Source of the DNA: the human T2T-CHM13v2.0 reference genome, Homo sapiens
Length of the DNA stretch: 64,000 bases
Reading direction: 5' to 3' (one strand)
Assembly: GCF_009914755.1 (NCBI RefSeq)
Contig: NC_060937.1
Part shown: piece by piece, positions 52,801 through 64,000 of the stretch
Layout: each line of letters begins with the position of its first letter
How positions within the stretch are numbered: position 1 is the first letter of the stretch
Translations under genes and position numbers: made by a program
Notes under the pieces: model-generated
Seen by the model: only the letters and a program-made list of their open reading frames with translations
What the model was told of the DNA's origin: nothing
Databases searched by the model: none

Positions 52801-55800
52801 ACCACTCCTTTCATTTCTGTACTTTCCCTTTAAAATCCATTCCAGTCTATTCCACTCCACTCCACTCCATTCAATTCTGCTACACCCCATTACATTCCAC
52901 TCCATTTCTCTTTACTCGACTCCATTTCACCACTTTCCTTTCGATTCTGTTCCATGCCATTAGATTCCATTCCACTCGATTGCATTCCATTTGAATTTAT
53001 TCCATTTGACTCCATTACATATGATTCTATTCCATTAGAGTCCATTCTATAGGAGTCCATTCTATTCCATTCCATTACATTACATTATATTCCAGTATAC
53101 TCCACTCCACTCCATTCCATTCCATTGCATTTCATTCCACTCCACTCCACTCCATTCCATTCCATTGCATTCTGTTCCATTGTGTTCCATTCCAATCCAT
53201 TCCATTCCATTCCATACGACTCCATTCCATAGCATTCGTTTCCATTGCATTGCATTCCTTTCCATTCCATTGCAATCCACTCCACTCCACTCCACTCTAC
53301 TCCATGGCATTGACTCGATTCCATTCTGCTCCACTCCATTCCACTCCACTGCACTCCTCCCCATTCCCCTCCATTCCACTCCACTCCACTCCACTCCACA
53401 TCACTCAATTCCATTCCATTCAATTGCATTCCATTCCATACTACTTCACTCCACTCCACTCTACTCCATTCAATTCCATTCCATTACATTCAACTCCACT
53501 CTACTCCACTTTGTTCAGTTCTCTTCCTTCCCATTCCATTTCATTCTAGTCGATTCCAATCCACTCCTCTCGTATCCATTCAATTCTATTCCACCCCATT
53601 CCATTCCACTCCATTCCATTCCATTTCACTCCAATTCACCTCATTCCTTTCGATTCCAGTCGATGCCAGTAGATTCCATTAAATTGGATTCCATTACAAT
53701 TGTTTCCATTCCATTCAATTCTATTCTGTTCGATTCCAGTCCATTTGATTCTGTTCCATTAGATTGCATTTCATTTGATTCCATTCCATTCGCATCCATT
53801 CCATTTGAGACCATTCCATTCTGGTCCATTCCATTCGGGTCTATTCCATTCGAGTTCATTCCATTCCATTCCATTCTATTCCATTCCTTTCCCCACCCTT
53901 GCATTCCCTTCCCTTCCGTTTCATTCCACTCCACTCCATTCCACTACAATCCATTCCATTCCACTATATTCCACTCCATTCCACTCCATTCCACTCCATT
54001 CCATTCCATTCCACTCAACTCCACTTTACTGTACTTTGTTCAATTCCATTCCTTCCTATTCCATTCCATTCCAGTCTATTCCACTCCACTCCACTCCATT
54101 GCAGTCAATTCCATTCCACCCTAATCCATTCCACTCCACTTCGCCACATGACATTTGACTCCATTCGATGCCATTTGATTTTATATGTTTCCATTCCTTG
54201 CCATACAATTCAATTCCATTCCATTCTATTCCATTTTTTGATTCCATTCCATTCGATTCCATTCCATTCCATTCTATTCAATTTGATTCCATTCCTTTCA
54301 AGTCCATTCCATTCCATTCTGTTCAATTACTTTCCATTTGATTCCCTTCCATTCCATTCCATTCCATTCCAATTCATTCCATTCCATACCGTACAATTAC
54401 ATTCAATCCCATTCCATTCCATTCAACTGCATTCCATTCCATTCCATGTCATTTGAATGCATTCCATTCCAGTGCATTCCATTCGAGTCCATTCCAATCC
54501 ACTCCATTCCACTCCACTCCATAAATTTCCACTCAATTCCACTCCATTCCATTCCATTCCATTCCATTCCATTCCATTCCACTCAACTACACTGCACTCC
54601 ACTCCATTCAATTCCATTCCTTCCCCTTCCATTCCTTTCCACTCCTTTTCAACTCACCCCAATTCAATCTTTTCAATTCCTTTCCACCCCATTGCATTCC
54701 ACTCCATTGCACTCCACTTCAATGCATTGTGTTCCATTGCATGCGATGTCTTTTGATTCCATTCAATTCCATTCAATGCCATTCCATTCCATTCTATTCC
54801 ATTCTAATCCATTCCATTCAATTCCTTTCCATTCGATTCCATTCCATTTGACTCCACTCCATTCTATTCCTTTCCATTCCATTATATTCCATTCAATTCC
54901 TTTCCATTCGATTCCATTTGATTCCACTCCATTTCATTAGAATCCATTCCTTTGAATTCCATTACATTCTAATCCATTCCATTACATTCCGTTCCATTCC
55001 ATTGCTTTCCATTGCATTCCATTGCATTCCATTTCATTCCATACCTTTCGAATCCATTCCATTGGATTCCATTCCATTGGAGTTCATTCCATTCCAGCCT
55101 TTTCCATTCGAGTTATTTCCATTCCATTCGATTCCATTCCACTCGATTCCATTCCACTCGATTCCATACCATTCGATTACATTCCATTCAATGGCAGTGC
55201 ATTCCATTGCATTCCAATCGTGTCCTTTGCATTCCAGTCCATTCCATTCGAGTCCACTTCCCTCCCCCTCACCACACTCCATTCGATTTCAATCGATGCC
55301 ATATTATTCCATTCCATTTGATTCCATTCCATTCAAGTCCATTGCATTCCATTCCACTGCATTCCTTGCCACTGAACTCCACTCCACTCCATTCCAATAC
55401 ACTCCACTCCATCCTCTCCACTCCACTCCAATCCACTCCATTCCATTCTATTTCACTCGCCTCCACTCCAATCCATTCCATTCCATTGAATTCCACTCCA
55501 TTCCACTCCTCTGCACTCCACTCCATTACTTTCGATTCCATTGCACTTCCCTCAACTCAACTCCGCTCCACTACGTTCAATTCCATTCCTTCCCTTTCCA
55601 TTCCATTGCACTCCAATCCACTCCACTCCAATCCTTTTGAATACATTCCACCCATTCCATTCCACTTCATTCCACTTCACTCCACTCAACTTCACCGCAT
55701 TCCATTCGATTCCATTAAATTATATTTGATGCAATTAGATTCCATTCCGTTTGATTTCATTCCATTCGATTCCATTCCATTCGAGTCCATTCCTTTCGAA

Positions 55801-58800
55801 TCCTTTCCATTCCATTCCGTTGCATTCCATTCCATTTCATTGCATTCGACACCACCTCACTCCATTCCACACCACTCTGTTCAATTACTTTCTTTCCTTT
55901 CCAGTACATTCCACTCCATTCCACTCCACTCCACTCCATTCTATTCCATTACACCCCATTGCATTCCACTTCATTCCACTGCACTCCTCTTTACCACATT
56001 CCATTCGATTCCATTCGATGCCTTTCGTTTCCATTCCATTTGACTCCACTCCGTTCGATTTCATTCCATTCGAGTCCATTCTGTTCGAGTCCATTCCATT
56101 CAATTCCACTACATTTGATTCCATTCCATTCCATTCCATTCCATTGCATTCCATTCCATTCCATTCCATTCCACTCCACTCCATTCCATTAAATTCCATT
56201 CCATTCTATCCCACTCCCCTCCAGTACACTCAACTCCAATCCATTCCATTCCACAAAACTCCATTCCAGTCCACTCCACTCCACTAATCTCCATTCCATT
56301 CCATTCCACTCCACTCCACTCCATTCCATTCCATTCCATTGCATTTCACTCCAGTGTACTCCACTCCATTTCATTCCATTCCATTGCAATCAGTTCCATT
56401 CCATTTCATTTCCAATCCATTCCATTCCATTCTGTTCCCTTCCATTTGATTCCATTCCATTCCATTCGATTCCTTTGCATTCCATTCCATTCCACTCCAT
56501 TCCACTCCACTCAAATCCACTCCACTCCATTCCTCTCCATTCCATTCCACTCCTCTCCATTCCACTCCACTCCCCTCCTCCCAGTTCCACTCCATTCCAA
56601 TCGACTCCACTCCTCACCATTGCACATCTGTCCATTCCATTCATTTGCATTCCACTCCAGTCCAATTTTCTCCACTCCACTCCTCTCCACTCCATTCCAT
56701 TCCACTCTACTCCAATCCGTTCAATTCTATTACTTCCCATTGCATTCCATTACACTCGATTCCAGTCCACTCCACTCTTATACATTCAATTCCAATCCAA
56801 CACATTCCATTCCACTCCATTTCAATCCTCTCCACTCCACTTCACCGCATTCCATTCGATTCTATTCGATGCCAATCGATTCCTTTCCATTCAATTCCAT
56901 TTCTTTTGGTTCCATTCCATTCGACTCCATTCCATTCAATTCCATTCCACTCCATTCCATTCGATTCCATTCCAATAGATTGCATTCCATTTGATTCCAT
57001 TCTATTCTAGTATACTCCATTCCAGTCCTTTCCATTCCAGTCCATTATATTCGGGTCCATTCCATTCGAGTCCATTCCATTCCACTCCACTGCATTCCAC
57101 TCCACTAGATTCCATTCCACTCCATTCCACTCTATTCCACTCCATTCCATTCCATTCCACTCAATTCCACTCCACTCCACTCCATTCAATTCCATGCCAC
57201 TACTTTCCATTCCACTCCATTCCTTTCCACTCCACTCCACTTCACTCCATTTCGCCACACTCCATTCGTTTCCATTCGATGCCATTCGATTCCTGTCCAT
57301 ACAATTCCATTACATTCCAGTCCATTCCATTCCATTCATTACATTCCACTGCACTCCACTGCACTCCTCTCCATTTGATTCCATTCCATTCTATTCCACT
57401 CCACTCCACTCCATTCCACTCCAATCCATTCCACTCTCCTCCACACCAATCCACTCCAACTGACTCCACTCTGTTCCATTCCACTCCATTCCATGACACC
57501 CCACTACACTCCATTCCTTTCCATTGCATTACACTCCACGCCACTTCACTCCTCTCCTCTCAATTCCATTACATTGCATTAAACTCCACTGCACACCACT
57601 GCATTCCTTTCGGTTCCATTGCATTACCCTACACTGAACTCCACTCCACACTGTTCAATTCCATTCCTTCCCATTACATTCCACTGCACTCCATTCCACT
57701 CCACTCCAATCCATTCAGTTACATTCTCCCCCATTCCATTCCACTCCATTCCACTTCACTCCACTTCACCATATTCCATTCGATTCCTTTCGATTCCATT
57801 CAATGCCGTTCGGTTCCATTCCATTTGATTCCATTCAATTCCATTCCATTCCATTCCATTCCATTCCATTCCATTCCATTCCACTCCACACCACTACATT
57901 CCTTTCAATTCCATTCCTTCCCTTTCCAATCCATTCCACTGCATTCCACTCCACTGCACTTCACCTCATTCCATTCAATTCCGTTCGATGCCATCCAGTT
58001 CCATTCCACTCAATGGCAATCCATTCGAATCCATTCAATTTGACTCCTTTCCGAATGTTTCCATTTCTTTCGAGTCCATTCTGTTCGAATCTATTGCATT
58101 CCAGTCCATTCCATTCAATTCCATTCCATTCTACTCTATTCCATTTCATTCCGTTCCATTCCACTCCACTCAACTCCTCTCTATTCCATTCCATTCCATT
58201 CTATCCCACTCCAGTGCAGTTCACTTGAATCTACTCCATTCCATTCCACTCCACTCCATTCCATTCCACTCGTTTCCTTTGCATTTCACTCCACTGCACT
58301 CCACTCCAATCCAATCCATTCCATTCCTTTCCATTGCATTTGTTTCCTTTCTGTTCCATTCCAATCCTTTCCATTCCATTCCATTACATTCTATTCCTTT
58401 TCATTTTATTCAATTCCATTCCATTCCACTCCATTCCACTCCACTCCAACCACTCCACTCCATTCCACTCCATTGCATTGCACTCCACTCCATTCCACTC
58501 CACTCCACTGCACATCACTCCATTCCATTCCATTCAATTGCATTTGACTCCACTCCTCTTCACTCCACTCCACTCCACTAAACTCCATTTCATTCCATTC
58601 CATTCCATTCCATTCCAATCCACTTCACTCCACTTTGTTCAATTCCTTTCCTTCCCATTCCATTCCTTTCCAGTCCATTCTGTTCCATTCCATTTCATTC
58701 CACTCCATTCCAATCCACTCCACTCCACTCCATTCTATTCCATTCCACAACATTCCATTCCACTCTCTTCAACTCCACTCCACTCCACTTCACTCCACTT

Positions 58801-61800
58801 CAATGCACTGCATTCGATTCCATGCGATGCCATTCGATTCCTAGCCATTGGATTCCATTCCATTCCATTCCATTCATTGCATTCCACTCCACTCCACTCC
58901 TCTCCCTTTGATTCCATTCCATTCCATTCCACTCCACTCCACTCCATGCGACTCCTCTCCATTTCACTCCACTCCACTATAATCCACTCCTACCGACTCC
59001 ACTCTATTCCATTCCACACCACCCCATGCCACCCCACTCCACTCCGTTGGATTCCATTGCCTTCCACTCCATGCCACCTCACTCCACTCCACTCCACTGC
59101 ACATCACTCCATTCCATTCCATTCAATTGCATTACCCACCACTCCATTTCACTCCACTCCATTCCACTCCATTCCATTCCATTCCATTGCATTCCTCTCC
59201 ACTCCACTCCTCTCTGTTCAATTCTATTCCTTCTCATTCCATTCCATTTCAATCCAGTTTGATTCCGTTGCATTTGATTCCATTCCATTCCAGTCCATTC
59301 CATTATAGTAGCTTCCATGCGGTTCCTTTCCTTTCGAGTCTATTCCATTCCATTCCATTCCATTCCCTTGCCTTCCATTCCCTTCCTTTCCCTTCCATTT
59401 CATTCCACTCCACTACAGTCCGCTCCACTATATTTCTTTCCTCTCCATATCACTCCATTCCACTCCATTCCATTGCTTTCCATTCCACTCAATTCCACTT
59501 CACTCCACTTTGTTCAATTCCATTCCTTCACATTCCATTCCATTCCATTCCATTCCATTCCATTCCATTCCATTCTATTCTATTCCATTCCATTCCTTTC
59601 CATTCTTTTCCTTTCCATATCATTCCACTCCTGTCTACTCCATTCCATTCCATTCCATTCCATAACTTTCCATGCCACTGCATTCCACTCCAATCTGCTC
59701 CACTCCACACAATTCCATTCCATTCCACTCCATTACACTCCACTCCACTCCACCACATTCAATTCCATTCCACCCCATTCCATTCCACTTCACTCCACAT
59801 AACCGCATTCCATTCGATTTCATTCCATGCCTTTAGATTCCATTCCATTTGGTTCCATTCCATTTGATTCCATTCCTTTCGAGTACATTCCATTCCATTC
59901 TGTTCTATTCCATTCCAATCGATTCCATTGCATTCAATTGCATTGCATTCCATTCGATTCAATTCCCTTCACTTCCATTCCATTTGATTCCAATCCATTA
60001 GAGTCCATTCAATTGCAATCCATTCTATTCGAGGCCATTCCATTCCAGTCCATTCCATTTGATTCTATTACATTCGATTCTCTTCCATACTATTGCATTC
60101 CATTCGATTCCATTCCATTTGATTCCATTCCTTTCAAGTCTATTACTTTCGAGTCCATTGATTTAGAGTCTATTCCATTCGAGTCCATTTCATTCGAGTT
60201 GACTCTCTTCCTTTCCATTACATTCGAGTCCATTCCATTCCATTCCATTCCATTGTAGTCCATTCCATTTCATTACATTCCATTGTATTTGATTCTGTTC
60301 CGTTCCATTCCATTTCATACAATTCAAGGCCATTGCTTTCGATTCTATTCCATTCGAGTCCATTACATTCGACTCCATTCCACTCGGGTCCATTCCATTC
60401 CATTCCACTCCAATCCACTCCACTCCATTCCATTCCTCTCTACTCCATTCCATTCCACTTTATTACACTCCCCTACACTCCACTTCACCACATTCCATTC
60501 AATTCCATTCAGTGCCATTTGATTCCACTCCATTCGAATCCGTTTCTATCGATTGCATTCCATTTAGTTTGTGTCCATATGGTTCCATTCCATTCAATTC
60601 CATTTTGTTAGATTCCATTCCATTCAAGTCCATTCCTTTCCATTCCATTGCATTCCACTCTGTTCCATTCTGTTCAAATCCATTTCTTTCAATTCCATTT
60701 CATTTGGGTCCATTCCTTTCCATTCCATTCCATTTCATTCCATTCCATTCCATTCGAGTGCATTCTATTCCATGCCATTCCTTTCGAGTCTATTCCATTC
60801 CACTCCATTCCACTCCATTCCACTCCATTCCATTCCATTCCACTCCATTCCACTTCACTCCATTCCACTCCATTCCACTCCATTCAATTCCGTTCTACCC
60901 CATTCCATTCCACTCCATTCCACTCCACTCCAGTGTACTTCACCCCATTCTATTTGATGCCATTTGATTCCATTCGATTCCATTCGATGCCATTCGATTT
61001 CATTCCATTTGATTCCATTACATTTGATTCCAATCCATTCGACTCCATTCCATTTGATAACTTTGGATTAGATTCCATACCATTCGAGTCTATTCCATTC
61101 CATTCCATTCCATTCCATTCCATTCCATTCCATTCCATTCCATTCCATTCCATTCCGTTTTGTTAGAATCCATTCCATTCGATTCTATTCCATTCCAGTC
61201 CATTCCGTTCGTGTCCATTCCATTCCAGTCCATTCCATTCGATTCCATTGCATTCCATTCCATTCCATTCGATTGCATTCCGTTCGATAGCATTCCGTTC
61301 TATTCCATTCCACTCAATTCCATTCCGTTCCATTCCACTGCATTCCATTCCACTCCATTCCGTTCGATTCTCTTCCATTTGATTCCATTCCATTCGAGTG
61401 CATTATTTTCGAGTCCATTCCACTGCAACCCATTCCTTTCGAGTCCATTGCATTCGAGTCAATTCCATTGCAGTCCATTCCATGCGATTCCATTCCATTC
61501 GATTCCCTTCCATACTATTTCATTCCATTCGTTTCCATTCCATTTTATTCCATTCCATTAGTGTCCATTCCTTTCGATTACATTCCATTTGAGTCCATTC
61601 CACAGGATTCCTGTCCATTCGAATCCATTCAATTTAATTCCCCTCAGTTCAATTCCTTTCCCTTCAAGTCCATTCTTTTCCATTCCGTTCCGTTTCATTC
61701 TATTCCATTCCGTTCAATTCCATTCCATTTGATTTGATTCAAATCCATTCTATTCCAATTCGCTCCGTTCCATTCCATTCCACTCCATTCCATTCCATTC

Positions 61801-64000
61801 GAGTCCATTCCATTCAATTCCATTCCTTTCGTTTCCATTCCATTACATTTGATTCTATGGTATTCCATTCCTTTCCATTCCATTCCATTCCATTCGTGTG
61901 AATTCCATTCCTGTCCATTCAATTCAATTCCATTCCATTCCACTGCATTCCACACCATTCCACACCATTCCATTCCATTCGACTCCATTCCACTCCACTC
62001 TACTCCTCTCGATTCAATTCCATTCCACCTCATTCCATTCTTCTGCATTCCACTGCACTCCACTTCACAGCATTCCATTCGATATCACTTGATTCTATTC
62101 GATTCCATTGGATGCCATTCGATTCCATTCCATTCGTTTCCATTCCAATCAACTCCATTACGTTTGATTCCATTCTTTCGATTCCATTCCATTCGTGTCC
62201 ATGCCATTCCATTCCTTTCCATTCCATTCCATTCCATTCCATTCCATTCGATTCCATTCCCTTGTATTCCATTGCTTTCCAGTCCATTTTATTCGAGTCC
62301 ATTCCATTCCATTCAATTTCATTACTTTCAATTCCATTCTGTTAGTTTCAATTCCATCTGAATCCATTCCATTCCGTTCCTATCTACTCCAATCCATTCC
62401 ATTCCATTCCAGTCCACGTCATTCAATTCCACTCAATTCCACTCCATTTCAATCCATTCCATTTGATTCCATTTCATTACATTCTATTCCACTCCACTCC
62501 ACTGCACTCCACTGCATTCAATTCCATTACTAACAATTCCATTCGATTCCACTTCATTCCACTACACTCCACTCCATTCAATTCCTTTCCACATCATTCG
62601 ACTCCACACCGTTCCACTGCCATCCAGTCCCCTTCACTGCACTCCATTCGATTCCATTCATTGCCATTCGATTCCTTTCCATTCGATACCATTCCATTCG
62701 TGTCCATTCCATTCCATTACATTTCATTGCATTCCACTCTACTTCACTCCACTCCACACCACTCCAATCCATTCCATTCCATTCCTTTCCACTCCCCTCC
62801 ATTCCATTCAATTCCACTCCACTCCACTACAATCCACCTCACTCTACTCCAGTACCTTCTATTATATTACACTCCACGCCACTCTACTCCATTCCATTCC
62901 AGTGCATTCCACTCATGTCCACTCCACTCCACTCCATTCAAATCCATTCTTTCTCCTTCCATTCCATTCCACTCCATTCCATTCCACTCTGTTCCATTCC
63001 TTTCAATTCCATTCCACCCCACTGAATTCCACTCCATTCCACTCCACTCCACTTCACCGCATTGCTTTCGATTCCATTCAATGCCATTCGTTTCCATTCA
63101 ATTCCATGCGATGCCATAAATTTCTATTCCTTTCCATTCGAATCCATTCCATTTGATTCCATTCCATTCGTTTCCATTCCATTCGAGTCCACTCCATTCT
63201 ATTCTTTTCCACTCCATTGCATTCCTTTCTATTCCATTCTTTTCAATTCCATTCCATTCCATTGGAATCCATTCCATTTGATTCCATTCCATTGGAGTCC
63301 ATTCCATTCCAGTCCATTCCATTCGATTCCATTCCATTCCATTCGAATCCATTGCACTCGATTCCTTTCCATTCGATTACTTTCCATTCAATTGCTTTGC
63401 ATTTGATTCCATTTCATTCGTGTCCATTACTTTCCAGTCCAATCCTTTCAAGTCCATTTCATTCCAGTCTTTTCCATTTGAATCCATTCCATTCCAGTCC
63501 ATTCCATTACAGTCTATTCCTTTCGAGACCATTCCATTCCATTCCAATCGATTCCATTTCATTTGTGTCCATTCCATCTCAGTCCATTCCATTGCCTTCC
63601 ATTCCATTCTGTTCTACTCCACTCCACTCCATTCAATTCCATTCCAGTCCATTCCATTCCATTCCACTGAATTCAACTCCATTCCATTCTATTCCATTCC
63701 ATTCCATTCCATTGCCTTCCTTTCCACTCCACTTTACTCCACTCCACACTACTCCGTTCAATTCCATTCCTTCCCTTTCCTTTCCATTCCAATACATTAC
63801 ACTCCACTCCATTGAGTTCCGTTACACCCCATTTCATTCCATTGCATTCCACTCCACTTCACTTCACCGCATTGCATTTGAATCTATTTGATGCCATTCG
63901 ATTCCATTCCACTCGATTGCCTTCCATTCAAATCCATTCCAATTGACTCCATTCCATACGATTCCATTCCATTCGAGTCCATTCTATTCGTGTCCATTTC

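Larger units (their letters stand above)
1..64000 (+). repeat. Satellite III (HSat3)-like (CATTC)n/(GGAAT)n pentamer satellite array in a single orientation
   Basis: Seen: continuous diverged CATTC pentamers from first to last base, with a G-poor + strand throughout and no unique-sequence interruption. Knowledge: classical human satellite 3 is (ATTCC)n interspersed with A(T/C)TCGGGTTG; that 10-mer occurs here (e.g. ~2734, ~4277, ~9642, ~12171). The GATGAT-type units typical of HSat2 are essentially absent. Confidence 0.97.
46571..64000 (+). repeat. Domain 3: more diverged CACTC-rich / CATTCGATTC-rich HSat3 variant with a recurrent CTTCACCGC...GATGCC landmark
   Basis: CACTC runs rise abruptly from ~46570 (ctccactctactcccctcta) and alternate with GATTC-rich tracts. 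The landmark CTTCACCGCATT is seen at 55690, 56840, 63052 and 63862, with variants throughout. Confidence 0.88.

Noticed and set aside
14-63891. Hundreds of ORFs up to 442 aa (e.g. 27003-28331, 31984-33276, 16007-17110)
   Set aside because: A 5-bp repeat gives the same pentapeptide in all three frames (FHSIP on +, MEWNG on -) and has no consensus stop codon. The ORFs overlap in all frames, show no domains, and many start at non-ATG codons. They are artefacts.
46571-64000. Possible HSat2 assignment because of CATTCGATTC richness
   Set aside because: It lacks the regular ~23-26-bp CATTCGATTC-CATTCGATGAT unit with its GATGAT phase shifts. The 5-bp register is mostly preserved, as in HSat3.
1-64000. 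Assignment to a named array or subfamily (DYZ1, chr9 SatIII, acrocentric HSat3)
   Set aside because: There is no homogeneous high-identity kb-scale HOR across the window, and I cannot run the alignment needed to support a name.
1-64000. Canonical heat-shock elements
   Set aside because: GAA units occur as direct repeats on the - strand. I did not find clear alternating nGAAnnTTCnnGAAn arrays by eye, so no HSE is called.

Overview
The whole 64-kb window is pericentromeric-type pentamer satellite: (CATTC)n on the + strand and (GGAAT)n on the - strand, i.e. human/hominid Satellite III (HSat3)-like DNA. I see no genes, RNA genes, transposon insertions, CRISPR arrays or strand inversions. All listed ORFs are artefacts of a 5-bp, stop-poor repeat (FHSIP on +, MEWNG on -). 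The array is not uniform and splits into three abutting domains with different variant vocabularies. Domain 1 (~1-13.3 kb) is punctuated by CCACTCGAGTTGATTC, TATTG, GAGGCCACTT and GGTCCATTCAATTCAAATGC. Domain 2 (~13.3-46.6 kb) is dominated by CATTCGAGTC and carries remnants of a diverged multi-kb (~2.7-3.3 kb) unit. Domain 3 (~46.6-64 kb) is CACTC/GATTC-rich and built from roughly 30 cycles opened by CTTCACCGCATTCCATTCGATTCCATTCGATGCC. Local duplications of 30 bp to 1.2 kb, CpG decay and a directional drift of the 5-bp register are overlaid. Coordinates and counts were read by eye and are approximate. Chromosome, subfamily and species cannot be assigned without alignment. I found no evidence of a novel coding system; the interesting signal is the layered repeat architecture.
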